64,000 nucleotides of DNA from Chthoniobacteraceae bacterium. GTDB taxonomy: Bacteria > Verrucomicrobiota > Verrucomicrobiia > Chthoniobacterales > Chthoniobacteraceae. The DNA lies in assembly GCA_037190965.1 (NCBI GenBank), contig JBBCKI010000031.1, forward strand, positions 36,339 through 100,338, read 5' to 3'. This document shows, piece by piece, positions 18,596-27,093 of the stretch; the stretch's first letter is position 1, and each line of letters opens with the position of its first letter. Under the pieces are notes generated by a model. It had not been told where the DNA came from and made no database searches. It saw only the letters and a list, made by a program, of their open reading frames with translations. The position numbers were made by a program, and so were the translations under genes.

Positions 18596-20110
18596 ATGGA
18601 AAACCTGACTGCGATTGGCTGGGCAGTCCCCTATCTGCTGGTAGTCGGCGTGCTTGCCCTCTACGGGTTCCACCGCTTTTGCATCGTCTACCTCTATTTC
18701 AAATACCGGCATCAAACGCCCCGTGCTTTGCAGGAATTCGCCGAACTGCCCAGAATTACCGTCCAACTCCCCATCTACAACGAACTCTACGTGGCCGAAC
18801 GGCTTCTGAAAGCCGTTGCGAAACTCGACTATCCCAAGGAAAAAATTCAAATCCAGGTACTCGATGACTCCACGGATGAAACACGCGATCTCTCCCGCAA
18901 CGGTATCGAAAAGTTGCGAGAACAGGGCTTCGACGCGGAGCTGATCCACCGGGAGAATCGTGTCGGATTCAAAGCGGGCGCGCTCCAGCACGGCCTTACC
19001 ACCTGCAAGGGAGAGTTCATTCTCATTCTCGACGCCGATTTTGTACCGCCCCGCGATCTCCTGCACCAAACGGTTCATTTCTTCACCGACCCCGGGGTCG
19101 GCATGATCCAGAGCCGCTGGGGACATCTCAATCGCGACTACTCCCTGCTAACCCGGCTACAGGCTCTGTTCATGGACGGCCACCTCATCCTCGAACAAAC
19201 CGCACGCAGCCGGAGCGGCCGCTTTTTCAACTTCAATGGCACCGCGGGGCTCTGGCGGAAAAGCTGCATTGTCGATGCCGGAGGATGGCAACACGACACC
19301 CTCACCGAGGATTTCGATTTGAGCTATCGCGCTCAGCTTGCAGGGTGGAAGTTCGTTTTCCTCAAAGATGTCGTCACTCCGGCGGAGCTGCCGGTTGAGA
19401 TGAACGGATTCCGCAGCCAGCAGCACCGGTGGACAAAGGGTTCCATCCAGACCTGCAAAAAACTCCTGGGCACAATCTGGAGAAGCCCCTTGCCCCTGCT
19501 CGTCAAACTGGAGGCGACGGTTCACCTCACCTCCAACTTCGCCTATCTTCTCCTCGTCTTTCTCTGCCTACTATTGCAGCAGGCCTCCACCAGTTCCAAC
19601 GCGCTCTGGTCAGGGCCATGGCGCATGGTTCTCTTTGATATCCCGGTATTTGTGCTCGCCACCGTGTCGGCGGCAGTCTTCTACGCCTGCGCCCGGAGGG
19701 AGACTTCTCCCCGCACCTGGATCAAGGATCTGCTCTGCCTTCCTCTCCTGCTCGCGCTCGGCATTGGCATGTCGGTCAATAATGCCCGGGCAGTGATGGA
19801 AGCTCTCTTCAATCACCAGAGCGAATTTTCCCGCACCCCGAAATATGGGATCGAAGAACACACTCCCCGGCGTGACCGCGCGCGCTACCGGCCCCTTCGC
19901 AGTCTGCTGCCGCTGGTGGAGAGTGCCTTTGCCCTCTACTTCGCCCTGTTCTTCATCGCGGCCGCCGCAGAGGGAAACTGGTTCGCGGTCCCGTTTCTCG
20001 GCCTGTTCTTCGCAGGTTTCGCCTACGTCGCATTCTCCTCGGTGATCCCCTCGTTTCCGCCCGCCGAATCACCGGAGGAAGCCGCAACCCATAGAGCGCC
20101 AGCGGTTTAA
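18596..20110 (+). CDS. Processive GT2 glycosyltransferase (cellulose synthase-like)
   Basis: QLPIYNE, LDDSTD, KAGAL, DADF, TED and QQHRW motifs, with flanking TM helices. Confidence 0.92.
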   Translation: MENLTAIGWAVPYLLVVGVLALYGFHRFCIVYLYFKYRHQTPRALQEFAELPRITVQLPIYNELYVAERLLKAVAKLDYPKEKIQIQVLDDSTDETRDLSRNGIEKLREQGFDAELIHRENRVGFKAGALQHGLTTCKGEFILILDADFVPPRDLLHQTVHFFTDPGVGMIQSRWGHLNRDYSLLTRLQALFMDGHLILEQTARSRSGRFFNFNGTAGLWRKSCIVDAGGWQHDTLTEDFDLSYRAQLAGWKFVFLKDVVTPAELPVEMNGFRSQQHRWTKGSIQTCKKLLGTIWRSPLPLLVKLEATVHLTSNFAYLLLVFLCLLLQQASTSSNALWSGPWRMVLFDIPVFVLATVSAAVFYACARRETSPRTWIKDLLCLPLLLALGIGMSVNNARAVMEALFNHQSEFSRTPKYGIEEHTPRRDRARYRPLRSLLPLVESAFALYFALFFIAAAAEGNWFAVPFLGLFFAGFAYVAFSSVIPSFPPAESPEEAATHRAPAV

Positions 20111-20173
20111 AAAGTGAGCTGATCGCATTATCGGGGAAACCCGGCATGCCGGTTGCTCCATTTGGGCTTCGCG

Positions 20174-20812
20174 ATGCGCGCGAAGTTCCTCCCCCTCCTG
20201 TTCCTTCTCATGGCCGCCTGCCGTTCCGGGGCGACGCCCATTCCCATGCCGGTCATCCTTGTCAGCGTGCCGGAGCAGAAGCTCGTTCTTCTACAGAATG
20301 GCCGCCGGGTGGCCGCCTATCCCATCTCAACTTCCCGCTACGGCCTCGGCGACCGCTTCAATAGCTACGCCACCCCTGCAGGAAGGATGGAAGTGGCCCA
20401 GAAGATCGGCGAAGGCGCTCCGCTTGGAGCAGTCTTCAAATCCCGCAGACGCACCGGCGAAGTGCTCACCCCAAATGCCCCGGGGCGCGACCCGATTGTG
20501 ACCCGCATTCTCTGGCTGCGGGGTCTCGATCCTCAGAATCGCAACGCGTTTGCCCGCAAAATCTACATCCATGGCACCCCGCAGGAAAAATTGATCGGCC
20601 GACCGGCCAGCTACGGCTGCATCCGGATGCGTTCGCGCGACGTGGCGGAACTTTTCAGCCGCGTCGGCGTGGGAGCCCGGGTGGAAATCGCCAACACACC
20701 GGTACGCAAGGCGATCTCCACTCTGGCAGCGGCGGAAAAGGAGAGCCAGAGAGCTGCCCGTCTGAAAACACTGGCGACGGCGGATGCCCGCCAGTCTCGG
20801 AATTCGGGTTAA
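20174..20812 (+). CDS. L,D-transpeptidase (YkuD family) lipoprotein
   Basis: Lipobox LMAAC and IYIHGT...ASYGCIRM. Confidence 0.9.
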   Translation: MRAKFLPLLFLLMAACRSGATPIPMPVILVSVPEQKLVLLQNGRRVAAYPISTSRYGLGDRFNSYATPAGRMEVAQKIGEGAPLGAVFKSRRRTGEVLTPNAPGRDPIVTRILWLRGLDPQNRNAFARKIYIHGTPQEKLIGRPASYGCIRMRSRDVAELFSRVGVGARVEIANTPVRKAISTLAAAEKESQRAARLKTLATADARQSRNSG

Positions 20813-20814
20813 AT

Positions 20815-20910
20815 GGTAGCCCGCTCGCGCCGTCGAGCGCGGGTATCGGCAGCGGCGGTAATACGCAGCACCCTATCCCGAGGTCGCTATATCAGTTTTC
20901 CTTCGGGATG
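20815..20910 (+). repeat. Family-1 element, copy C (partial)
   Basis: Left REP GGTAGCCCGCTCGCGCCGTCGAGCGCGGG and an inner ATCCCGA/TCGGGAT stem; no right REP. Confidence 0.75.
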
Positions 20911-21193
20911 ACTGGCAACTCCGCACCGAAGTTTCTGACCCGACCGACTCGTCCATAATGAGATCACCCGTTTCCCTGACGGCATCAGGTATCAAGCACC
21001 CCCCCACCTCCGCCAAAAAAATCAATGGGTTAGTGGTGGGCGCAGTGTTAGTCTCCTCCGCATAGGAGATAACGGGCTGCTCTAGCTCTCTGCCGTGACA
21101 GAGAGTGAAGGAACAACGAAAAAGAGCCTATGACTCTATCGGTTCCATCGGCGGGAAAATTATCCGCTCAGCCGAAAAAATTAGCTGAGATCA

Positions 21194-21838
21194 TCAACGC
21201 CTGCGTCGATCAAGGGTGCTTTCTTTTTCTATCCACATCCATGCTCGTGAGGCTTCAGGTGTCAGCGTGTATGCCATTGTGTAAACCTGAATTGAGCGTC
21301 CGTTGAATTCATAAACATCTCCAGTCGGCACTGCGACGATCTTAAACCGTTGATCCGGCAGAATGCTTTTTTCATTCGGATGATCCCTTAAAAGGATAAC
21401 TCCTTCCGCTGTAGCTTCAGGAACAACATCGGCATAGTGGAGGCGGCCATTTCTTGCCTCCATCAACGGCCCATATGGTTTTTCTTCCAACTGCATTGCA
21501 AGCTTGGCAAGCCTGGCGGTGTCCGCAGCGCCCGCATTTGCAGGCAGATGCGACGCCAGCATCTGCGACTGCGCTGAAATGGTCTCATTCTTGCACTCTA
21601 CAATTAGACCATCTGCTGATCTGGTGGATACACTGCCTCTGATGACGACCAAATCAGGAATCGCTACGGGAGGAGGGGACGACGCGACAAACGGACGTGG
21701 AACTGAAGAGATCGGTGCAGCGGGTATTTCGAGGGGCGTGGGACTCTCGGCAATGGGGGGCTTGGGAGGCTCAACAATCTGAGTTGAAAATACGAGATAG
21801 ATACCTAAACCAAGCAGAATAACGACTATGATTTTCAT
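21194..21838 (-). CDS. Hypothetical membrane-anchored protein
   Basis: Open frame with an N-terminal hydrophobic segment and a Pro-rich linker, in AT-richer DNA. No family recognised. Confidence 0.6.
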   Translation of the reverse strand: MKIIVVILLGLGIYLVFSTQIVEPPKPPIAESPTPLEIPAAPISSVPRPFVASSPPPVAIPDLVVIRGSVSTRSADGLIVECKNETISAQSQMLASHLPANAGAADTARLAKLAMQLEEKPYGPLMEARNGRLHYADVVPEATAEGVILLRDHPNEKSILPDQRFKIVAVPTGDVYEFNGRSIQVYTMAYTLTPEASRAWMWIEKESTLDRRRR

Positions 21839-22296
21839 TTGAGTCCCTTCCAAATTTTCTAGTTATCCCTGCCTTAATGAGACGGTTCCATTTGTCCTGC
21901 TGTAACAATGCACAGTGCAAATGCCAGTAAGAAACGGTGATGAATTCGAGTCAAGACAAGACTTATGCCCGCTTTGAGACGGTCAAGGCCGCCGCTGTTC
22001 ATCTTCATTGCCACCCAAATGCAATCAGGCTGGCTGCAGTCGCGGGCCAATGCCCACGAATGCCCGACGCACTAAAACCTTCCTGAAATGACTACTCGAA
22101 ACCCTCAAACCTTCGGAATTTCGGGGAAATCACCCCGAAATCTTCTCCAATCACCTCAGCGCCTCGAAAACCTTCGTAAGTCGTTGGTGTTCAGTGCAAT
22201 TCAGAATTTTTCGGCCGGATTCAGGAATTCCTAAACCTCCTCCGGCAAGGGGCACTTGCCATTCCACCGTCCCTCCGCGATCAACGTCGGGTCGGG

Positions 22297-22956
22297 CTAA
22301 AAAAACGTCGCTATGCCGATCATACCGCCTGCGGCGTTCACTCCGACGTTGCGCTCGGCGCTGTCCGCGTTGGAGATGTGCTCAAAATTGGCGGTGACTA
22401 CAACCGCCCAGCGCGGGTTGATGAAATAGCGCAGGCCGATATCGCCCACGAGAGTGAACTCAAATCCGCTGCCGATAAGGCGTTGCGACTGGTCGCGGTG
22501 GATATTGTTGCCCAGCCCCCCTGCTCCAATTTGGAAGAACGGCACCCACCTTGCCCCGGGCTGCACAAAGTTATACCTGAGAAGAAGCCGCCCTCCCGCC
22601 ATCCAGGAGCCAGGGCCTTTGGTGACCTCCGCGCCAAAAGCGTTGATCAAGAACTCGAAATTTCCCCGATACCAGCTCTCGCCGCGAGGGGTGTTCAGCA
22701 TCCAGCCGAGTCGAATATCCTGTCGCGCGTAGTTGAGAGTTTCCCGGTGGGAACCGGTGACGGGCGAAACGAGATAACCTGCCGTGATGTCGAACTCGCG
22801 CGTTCCCCTGCGGAAGGGAGAGAATTCGGCGACCGGCTCGACGAGGGTTTCCACGCGCACTGTCCCGGCGTTGCCGGAAACCGCGCCCAAGGTAAGTGCC
22901 AATCCCAACATCGAAATGACACCGGCTTTATAGCGATTAAGAGGATGGTAACACAT
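22297..22956 (-). CDS. PagL/acyloxyacyl hydrolase-like outer-membrane beta-barrel
   Basis: Signal peptide, alternating beta strands, FEHISNA His-Ser motif and a terminal Phe. Confidence 0.8.
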   Translation of the reverse strand: MCYHPLNRYKAGVISMLGLALTLGAVSGNAGTVRVETLVEPVAEFSPFRRGTREFDITAGYLVSPVTGSHRETLNYARQDIRLGWMLNTPRGESWYRGNFEFLINAFGAEVTKGPGSWMAGGRLLLRYNFVQPGARWVPFFQIGAGGLGNNIHRDQSQRLIGSGFEFTLVGDIGLRYFINPRWAVVVTANFEHISNADSAERNVGVNAAGGMIGIATFF

Positions 22957-23096
22957 AGGAGAGTCTTGAGCAGGATTCGCACCCCAAGGGAAAAGCAGTC
23001 GTATCTTTTCCGTGTTCTCCGCAACGCCCGGCAGGGGGCGGCCCCGGCTTGCATGCGCGGGCGTTTCCGGTCTACCCTTGCGACACTTTTCCGGTG

Positions 23097-23633
23097 ATGA
23101 CCAAATCCGAACTTCGCAAAGCCATTCGCTTTCGCCTCGATGCGCTCCCTCCGGAAACGCGCGACGAAAAATCCGCCGCCATTTGCCGGGAGATCGCCGG
23201 TTGCGAGGAATGGAAAGCGGCGCGCACCATCGCTTTTTTCTCTCCGCTCTCTTCGGAACCAAACGTCGACCTTCTCTGGGCGGTGCTCGAAACGCGGGCT
23301 GTCTGCTACCCGCGCGTGAACGGTGAAAATCTGGTTTTTCTCAGAGTGCCCGATCGCGCCGCGTTGCTGGAATCACGCTGGAACCTGCTGGAACCGCCGC
23401 ATCGCGAGGATTCCATCGTGCCCTTCAACGAGATCGACCTGCTGCTGGTCCCCGGGTTGGCGTTCACGCCCGGCTGCCACCGGATGGGACGGGGAAAAGG
23501 ATACTACGATCGTCTCCTCGCCGATCCCGCACTCCGCGCCACCGCGCTCGGCGTCTGCTTTGCCGAACAGGTTGTTCCTCATCTCCCGACGGAAGAACAC
23601 GACCGGCCTGTCGCACGAGTTGTTTCTGCGTAG
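23097..23633 (+). CDS. 5-formyltetrahydrofolate cyclo-ligase (YgfA family)
   Basis: KSELRK, DLLLVPGLAF, RMGRGKGYYDR and EEHDRPV motifs. Confidence 0.93.
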   Translation: MTKSELRKAIRFRLDALPPETRDEKSAAICREIAGCEEWKAARTIAFFSPLSSEPNVDLLWAVLETRAVCYPRVNGENLVFLRVPDRAALLESRWNLLEPPHREDSIVPFNEIDLLLVPGLAFTPGCHRMGRGKGYYDRLLADPALRATALGVCFAEQVVPHLPTEEHDRPVARVVSA

Positions 23634-23638
23634 CGATT

Positions 23639-23994
23639 ATCCCGAACTCCGATGTTGGAGCGGATGAGCTGGCGCAAGAGGTTGAGTCGCGATAACTTGA
23701 GGAAGGGCGAAGCCTTTATAGCGTTTCTCGAAAATAATTTCCGAAAGGTAATGGGAGCGCCGTGGCTTCTGGAGCAAGGAGCAGAGCGCAGTGGCTGGGG
23801 CCGCAGTGCCCCTGCCCCTGCCCCTGCCCCTGCCCCTGCCCAAGCTCAGCGACGCCGCGCCAGAGGCCGCGCCGCCCCAGTGCCGCCGGAAAGGATTTTT
23901 GAGAGGCGCTTTAGATACGGTGAGCCTCTGACGAAAGGCACTCGCGGCCAACAAATTGCGTCAGATCACCGCGAGCAACGTCGGGGTTCGGGAT
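23639..23994 (+). ncRNA. Candidate ~360-nt rod-like structured RNA (or hairpin mobile element)
   Basis: 23639-23692 pairs with 23942-23994, and 23720-23775 pairs with 23857-23910. Ten G-U pairs on the + strand. Confidence 0.55.
23807..23841. repeat. (TGCCCC)n tandem repeat, 5 full units plus a partial one
   Basis: Read directly from the sequence. Confidence 0.95.
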
Positions 23995-24317
23995 TAGCGC
24001 AGGTAGGGAGCGCACCGGATCTTCAGGAGCGCAATCAAGGCAGGATCCATATAGTCGTAGTTGTCGGGAATATTCAGGACGACAATCCTCTTGCCTTTGA
24101 GATGTTCGCCGTAAAGGCGGGTCAATCGGTCACGATGGGCCCTTTCCATCACCAGAATCAAGTCCGCCCACTCCAGTTGCTCCGGGCTCAACGGCACCTC
24201 GGCGTCATGATTCAAACCCGCCGAATCGACTTCAATGCCCGGGATATCCGCGAAAATCGTTTCGGCGGTAGGGCTCCGAAGTTTGTTCTGCGAGCAAAGA
24301 AAGAGCAGATTTTTCAT
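23994..24317 (-). CDS. Low-molecular-weight protein-tyrosine-phosphatase-like protein
   Basis: LLFLCSQNKLRSPTAE (CX5R), VDSAG, WADLILVME and LNIPD motifs. Confidence 0.88.
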   Translation of the reverse strand: MKNLLFLCSQNKLRSPTAETIFADIPGIEVDSAGLNHDAEVPLSPEQLEWADLILVMERAHRDRLTRLYGEHLKGKRIVVLNIPDNYDYMDPALIALLKIRCAPYLR

Positions 24318-24325
24318 TACACGCT

Positions 24326-26515
24326 CTACCTTTTCCTCCCTCGCCTGCGCCATGCCTCGCTTCGCGCGCTCGCCTGCGAGCCGGTATGCAACCTCAGAAG
24401 ACATAGCGAACGATCGACAAGCTCCACTTCGTCGCCCGCCGTGAGAAGCTGACCGACGGCGGCGAACCCCTCATCGAGCTGGGTGTCTAGCACCAGCGCC
24501 CATTGCACGTCCTCTTTCCCGGGGAGAACAAATTTGACCGGTTCATAATGCGCGTTGAGCATCAAGAGAAAGGTGTCGTCGCGGATCGGCTCCCCGCTTT
24601 CGTCGCGCACATCCATGGTGTCGCCGCTCAGGAGCATCGCCAGGCAGCGGACGAAACTGAAATTCCACTCTTCGTCAGTCATCTCCCGGCCATTAGGCGC
24701 AAACCACATGATGTCTTTGACATCCGAACCCCGGATCTTGCGCCCCTGGAAAAACTTGGGTCGCCGGAAGATCGGGTGCGCGTGGCGGAGGGCGATGAGC
24801 CTCGAGGTAAACTCCAGGAGCTGTTCGCCCTCCTCGTCGCGCTGCCAGGAAAGCCAGCTCACCTCGTTGTCCTGACAGTAGGCATTATTGTTTCCATACT
24901 GCGTGCGGCCACACTCGTCGCCCGCCGTCAACATCGGCACACCCTGGCTCAAAAACAGCGTTGCCAGAAAGTTCCGCCGCTGACGGGCACGCAGCCGGTT
25001 GATGGCGGGGTCATCCGTCGGCCCTTCCACGCCGCAGTTCCACGAACCGTTGGCGTTTTCGCCGTCGCGGTTATCCTCGCCGTTCGCAAGGTTATGCTTG
25101 GTATTATAGCTAACCAGATCGGCCAGCGTAAACCCGTCGTGCGAGGTGATGAAATTGATGCTCGCGTAAGGCCGTTTTCCGGTGGACTGGTAGAGATCCG
25201 GGCTGCCCGCGAGGCGATAGGCTATCTCCCGCGCGTGCCCTTCGTCGCCCTTCCAATACCGGCGCACGGCGTCGCGATACTTCCCGTTCCACTCCGCCCA
25301 GAGCACCGGAAAATTTCCCACCTGATAGCCGCCTTCGCCCACGTCCCACGGCTCCGCGATCAACTTCACGCGGGAGAGGATCGGGTCCTGATGAATAATG
25401 TCGAAGAACGCGGAAAGCTTGCTGACGGCATGCGACTCCCGCGCGAGGGTGGAGGCGAGATCGAACCGGAACCCATCCACGTGCATCTCCGTCACCCAAT
25501 AGCGGAGCGAGTCCATGATGAGCTGGAGCACGCGGGGATGCATGACATTGAGCGTATTTCCGCACCCGGTGTAATCCATGTAATACCGGGGCGATTCTGA
25601 AATCAGCCGGTAATACGCAAGATTATCGATCCCCCGGAAGCAGAGCGTCGGCCCCAGGTGATTTCCTTCCGCCGTATGGTTGTAGACCACATCCAGGATC
25701 ACCTCGATCCCGGCGGCATGAAGATTCTTCACCATCGTCTTGAATTCGTTGACCTGCTGCCCGATCACGCCCGATGCGGAATACTTCGCCTCCGGCGCGA
25801 AATAACCGATAGTGTTGTAGCCCCAGTAGTTCGTGAGCCCGCGATCCACGAGAAACTTGTCATCGACATGCTGATGGACCGGCAGCAGTTCCAGCGTGGT
25901 GATACCTAGTTCTTTGAAATACTCGATGGCGAAAGGGCTCCCCAACGCGGCATAGGTGCCGCGGATCTTCTCGGGCAGCGCCTCGCAAAGCTTGGAGAAT
26001 CCTTTGACGTGGACTTCGTAAATGACCGACTCGTGCAACGGCTTGCGCGGAGGCTTGTCATTGCCCCAATCGAACGCGGTATCCACCACCACCGACTTCG
26101 GCACGCCCCACCCGTCGTCGCGATAATCGCGGGAGAGATCGGCCTGAGGTGCGCGGAGACTATAGCCAAGCATCTCGTCGCTCCAGCGGATCTGCCCCGC
26201 GAGCGCCTTCGCGTAGGGATCGATGAGCAGCTTGGAGGAGTTGAAGCGCTGCCCGCGCGCCGGATCGTATGGCCCATAGACGCGGTAGCCGTAGAGCTGC
26301 CCGGGGCGGATGCCGGGGAGAAATACGTGCCAGACCTGGTCGGTCTGCTCCGTCATCCGAACGCGCACCTGCTCGTGCGGCGAATCGACGCTTTCGAAGA
26401 GGCAGAGATCGACCCCCGTGGCATGCTCCGAGTAAAGGGCAAAGTTCACCCCGTCGCCGCGCCATGTGGCGCCGAGCGGATACGGTTCACCGAGCCAGAC
26501 TTTCACGGGGGTCAT
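24326..26515 (-). CDS. glgX: Glycogen debranching enzyme
   Basis: PYPLGAT, NYWGY, DVVYNHT, DGFRFDLAS and IAEPWD motifs. Confidence 0.96.
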   Translation of the reverse strand: MTPVKVWLGEPYPLGATWRGDGVNFALYSEHATGVDLCLFESVDSPHEQVRVRMTEQTDQVWHVFLPGIRPGQLYGYRVYGPYDPARGQRFNSSKLLIDPYAKALAGQIRWSDEMLGYSLRAPQADLSRDYRDDGWGVPKSVVVDTAFDWGNDKPPRKPLHESVIYEVHVKGFSKLCEALPEKIRGTYAALGSPFAIEYFKELGITTLELLPVHQHVDDKFLVDRGLTNYWGYNTIGYFAPEAKYSASGVIGQQVNEFKTMVKNLHAAGIEVILDVVYNHTAEGNHLGPTLCFRGIDNLAYYRLISESPRYYMDYTGCGNTLNVMHPRVLQLIMDSLRYWVTEMHVDGFRFDLASTLARESHAVSKLSAFFDIIHQDPILSRVKLIAEPWDVGEGGYQVGNFPVLWAEWNGKYRDAVRRYWKGDEGHAREIAYRLAGSPDLYQSTGKRPYASINFITSHDGFTLADLVSYNTKHNLANGEDNRDGENANGSWNCGVEGPTDDPAINRLRARQRRNFLATLFLSQGVPMLTAGDECGRTQYGNNNAYCQDNEVSWLSWQRDEEGEQLLEFTSRLIALRHAHPIFRRPKFFQGRKIRGSDVKDIMWFAPNGREMTDEEWNFSFVRCLAMLLSGDTMDVRDESGEPIRDDTFLLMLNAHYEPVKFVLPGKEDVQWALVLDTQLDEGFAAVGQLLTAGDEVELVDRSLCLLRLHTGSQASARSEAWRRRGRKR

Positions 26516-26531
26516 CGCGAAAGCTCGGGGG

Positions 26532-26924
26532 TTATGCCGTCAACACCTGAAGCGCCTTCTTGGTATTACTGGGGCGCAGGATGAGGAGCCCCTTTTTGGA
26601 ACCCGGGCTGGTGGCCAGATAGGCGTATTCGATATTCACCTTGGCCTTGCTCAGCCTCTCGGCGATGAGCGAGAGACTCCCCGGCTTGTTGCTGTTCTCG
26701 ATCATCAACACCTCGTTCTCCACCACCAGCACGCCCCGTTCTTCGAAAAGGCTGACCGCCTTCTGCGTATTGCTGACCACCATCCGGACCACCGCGTGAT
26801 CCGCGCTGTCAGAGATGGTCAAGCCGTAGATATTGATGCCGGCCTTGCCCAGGGCTTCACACACCTCCGCGAGGGTGCCGGGTTTGTTGGCGAGAAAGAC
26901 GGAAAGCTGGGTAACGAGATCCAT
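26532..26924 (-). CDS. Tandem ACT-domain protein
   Basis: QLSVFLANKPGTL...GINI and NKPGSL...VNIEYAY. Confidence 0.88.
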   Translation of the reverse strand: MDLVTQLSVFLANKPGTLAEVCEALGKAGINIYGLTISDSADHAVVRMVVSNTQKAVSLFEERGVLVVENEVLMIENSNKPGSLSLIAERLSKAKVNIEYAYLATSPGSKKGLLILRPSNTKKALQVLTA

Positions 26925-27010
26925 GGCTGGAATTGTGCGCCGGGATGAGGGAATGCTCAACCTGATTTCCAATCGGATCGCCCCGGACCCTGCCGCAGAA
27001 AGAAAATTGT

Positions 27011-27089
27011 TTCGCGCCAAGATCGCCAAGGCCGCCAAAGCCCATAAGGGAATTCCAAACCTTGGCGAACTTTGCGTGCTTGGCGCGAA
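27011..27089. repeat. Family-4 CGCCAAG-unit hairpin
   Basis: TTCGCGCCAAG...CTTGGCGCGAA with reiterated CGCCAA(G) units. Second copy at 51757-51832. Confidence 0.75.
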
Positions 27090-27093
27090 CCCT

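Noticed and set aside
22957..23096. Canonical 6S RNA position upstream of the ygfA-family gene
   Set aside because: Only about 140 nt, shared with a divergent promoter, and no long rod is visible.
23928..23934. CTGACGA, resembling the hammerhead CUGANGA core, inside the rod
   Set aside because: I could not place a stem II followed by GAAA and a cleavage triplet, and the minus strand has no core, so a ribozyme or viroid-like reading is unsupported.
23652..24452. 266-aa ORF containing PAPAPAPA
   Set aside because: It overlaps the phosphatase and glgX on the opposite strand, and the PA run comes from the hexamer repeat.
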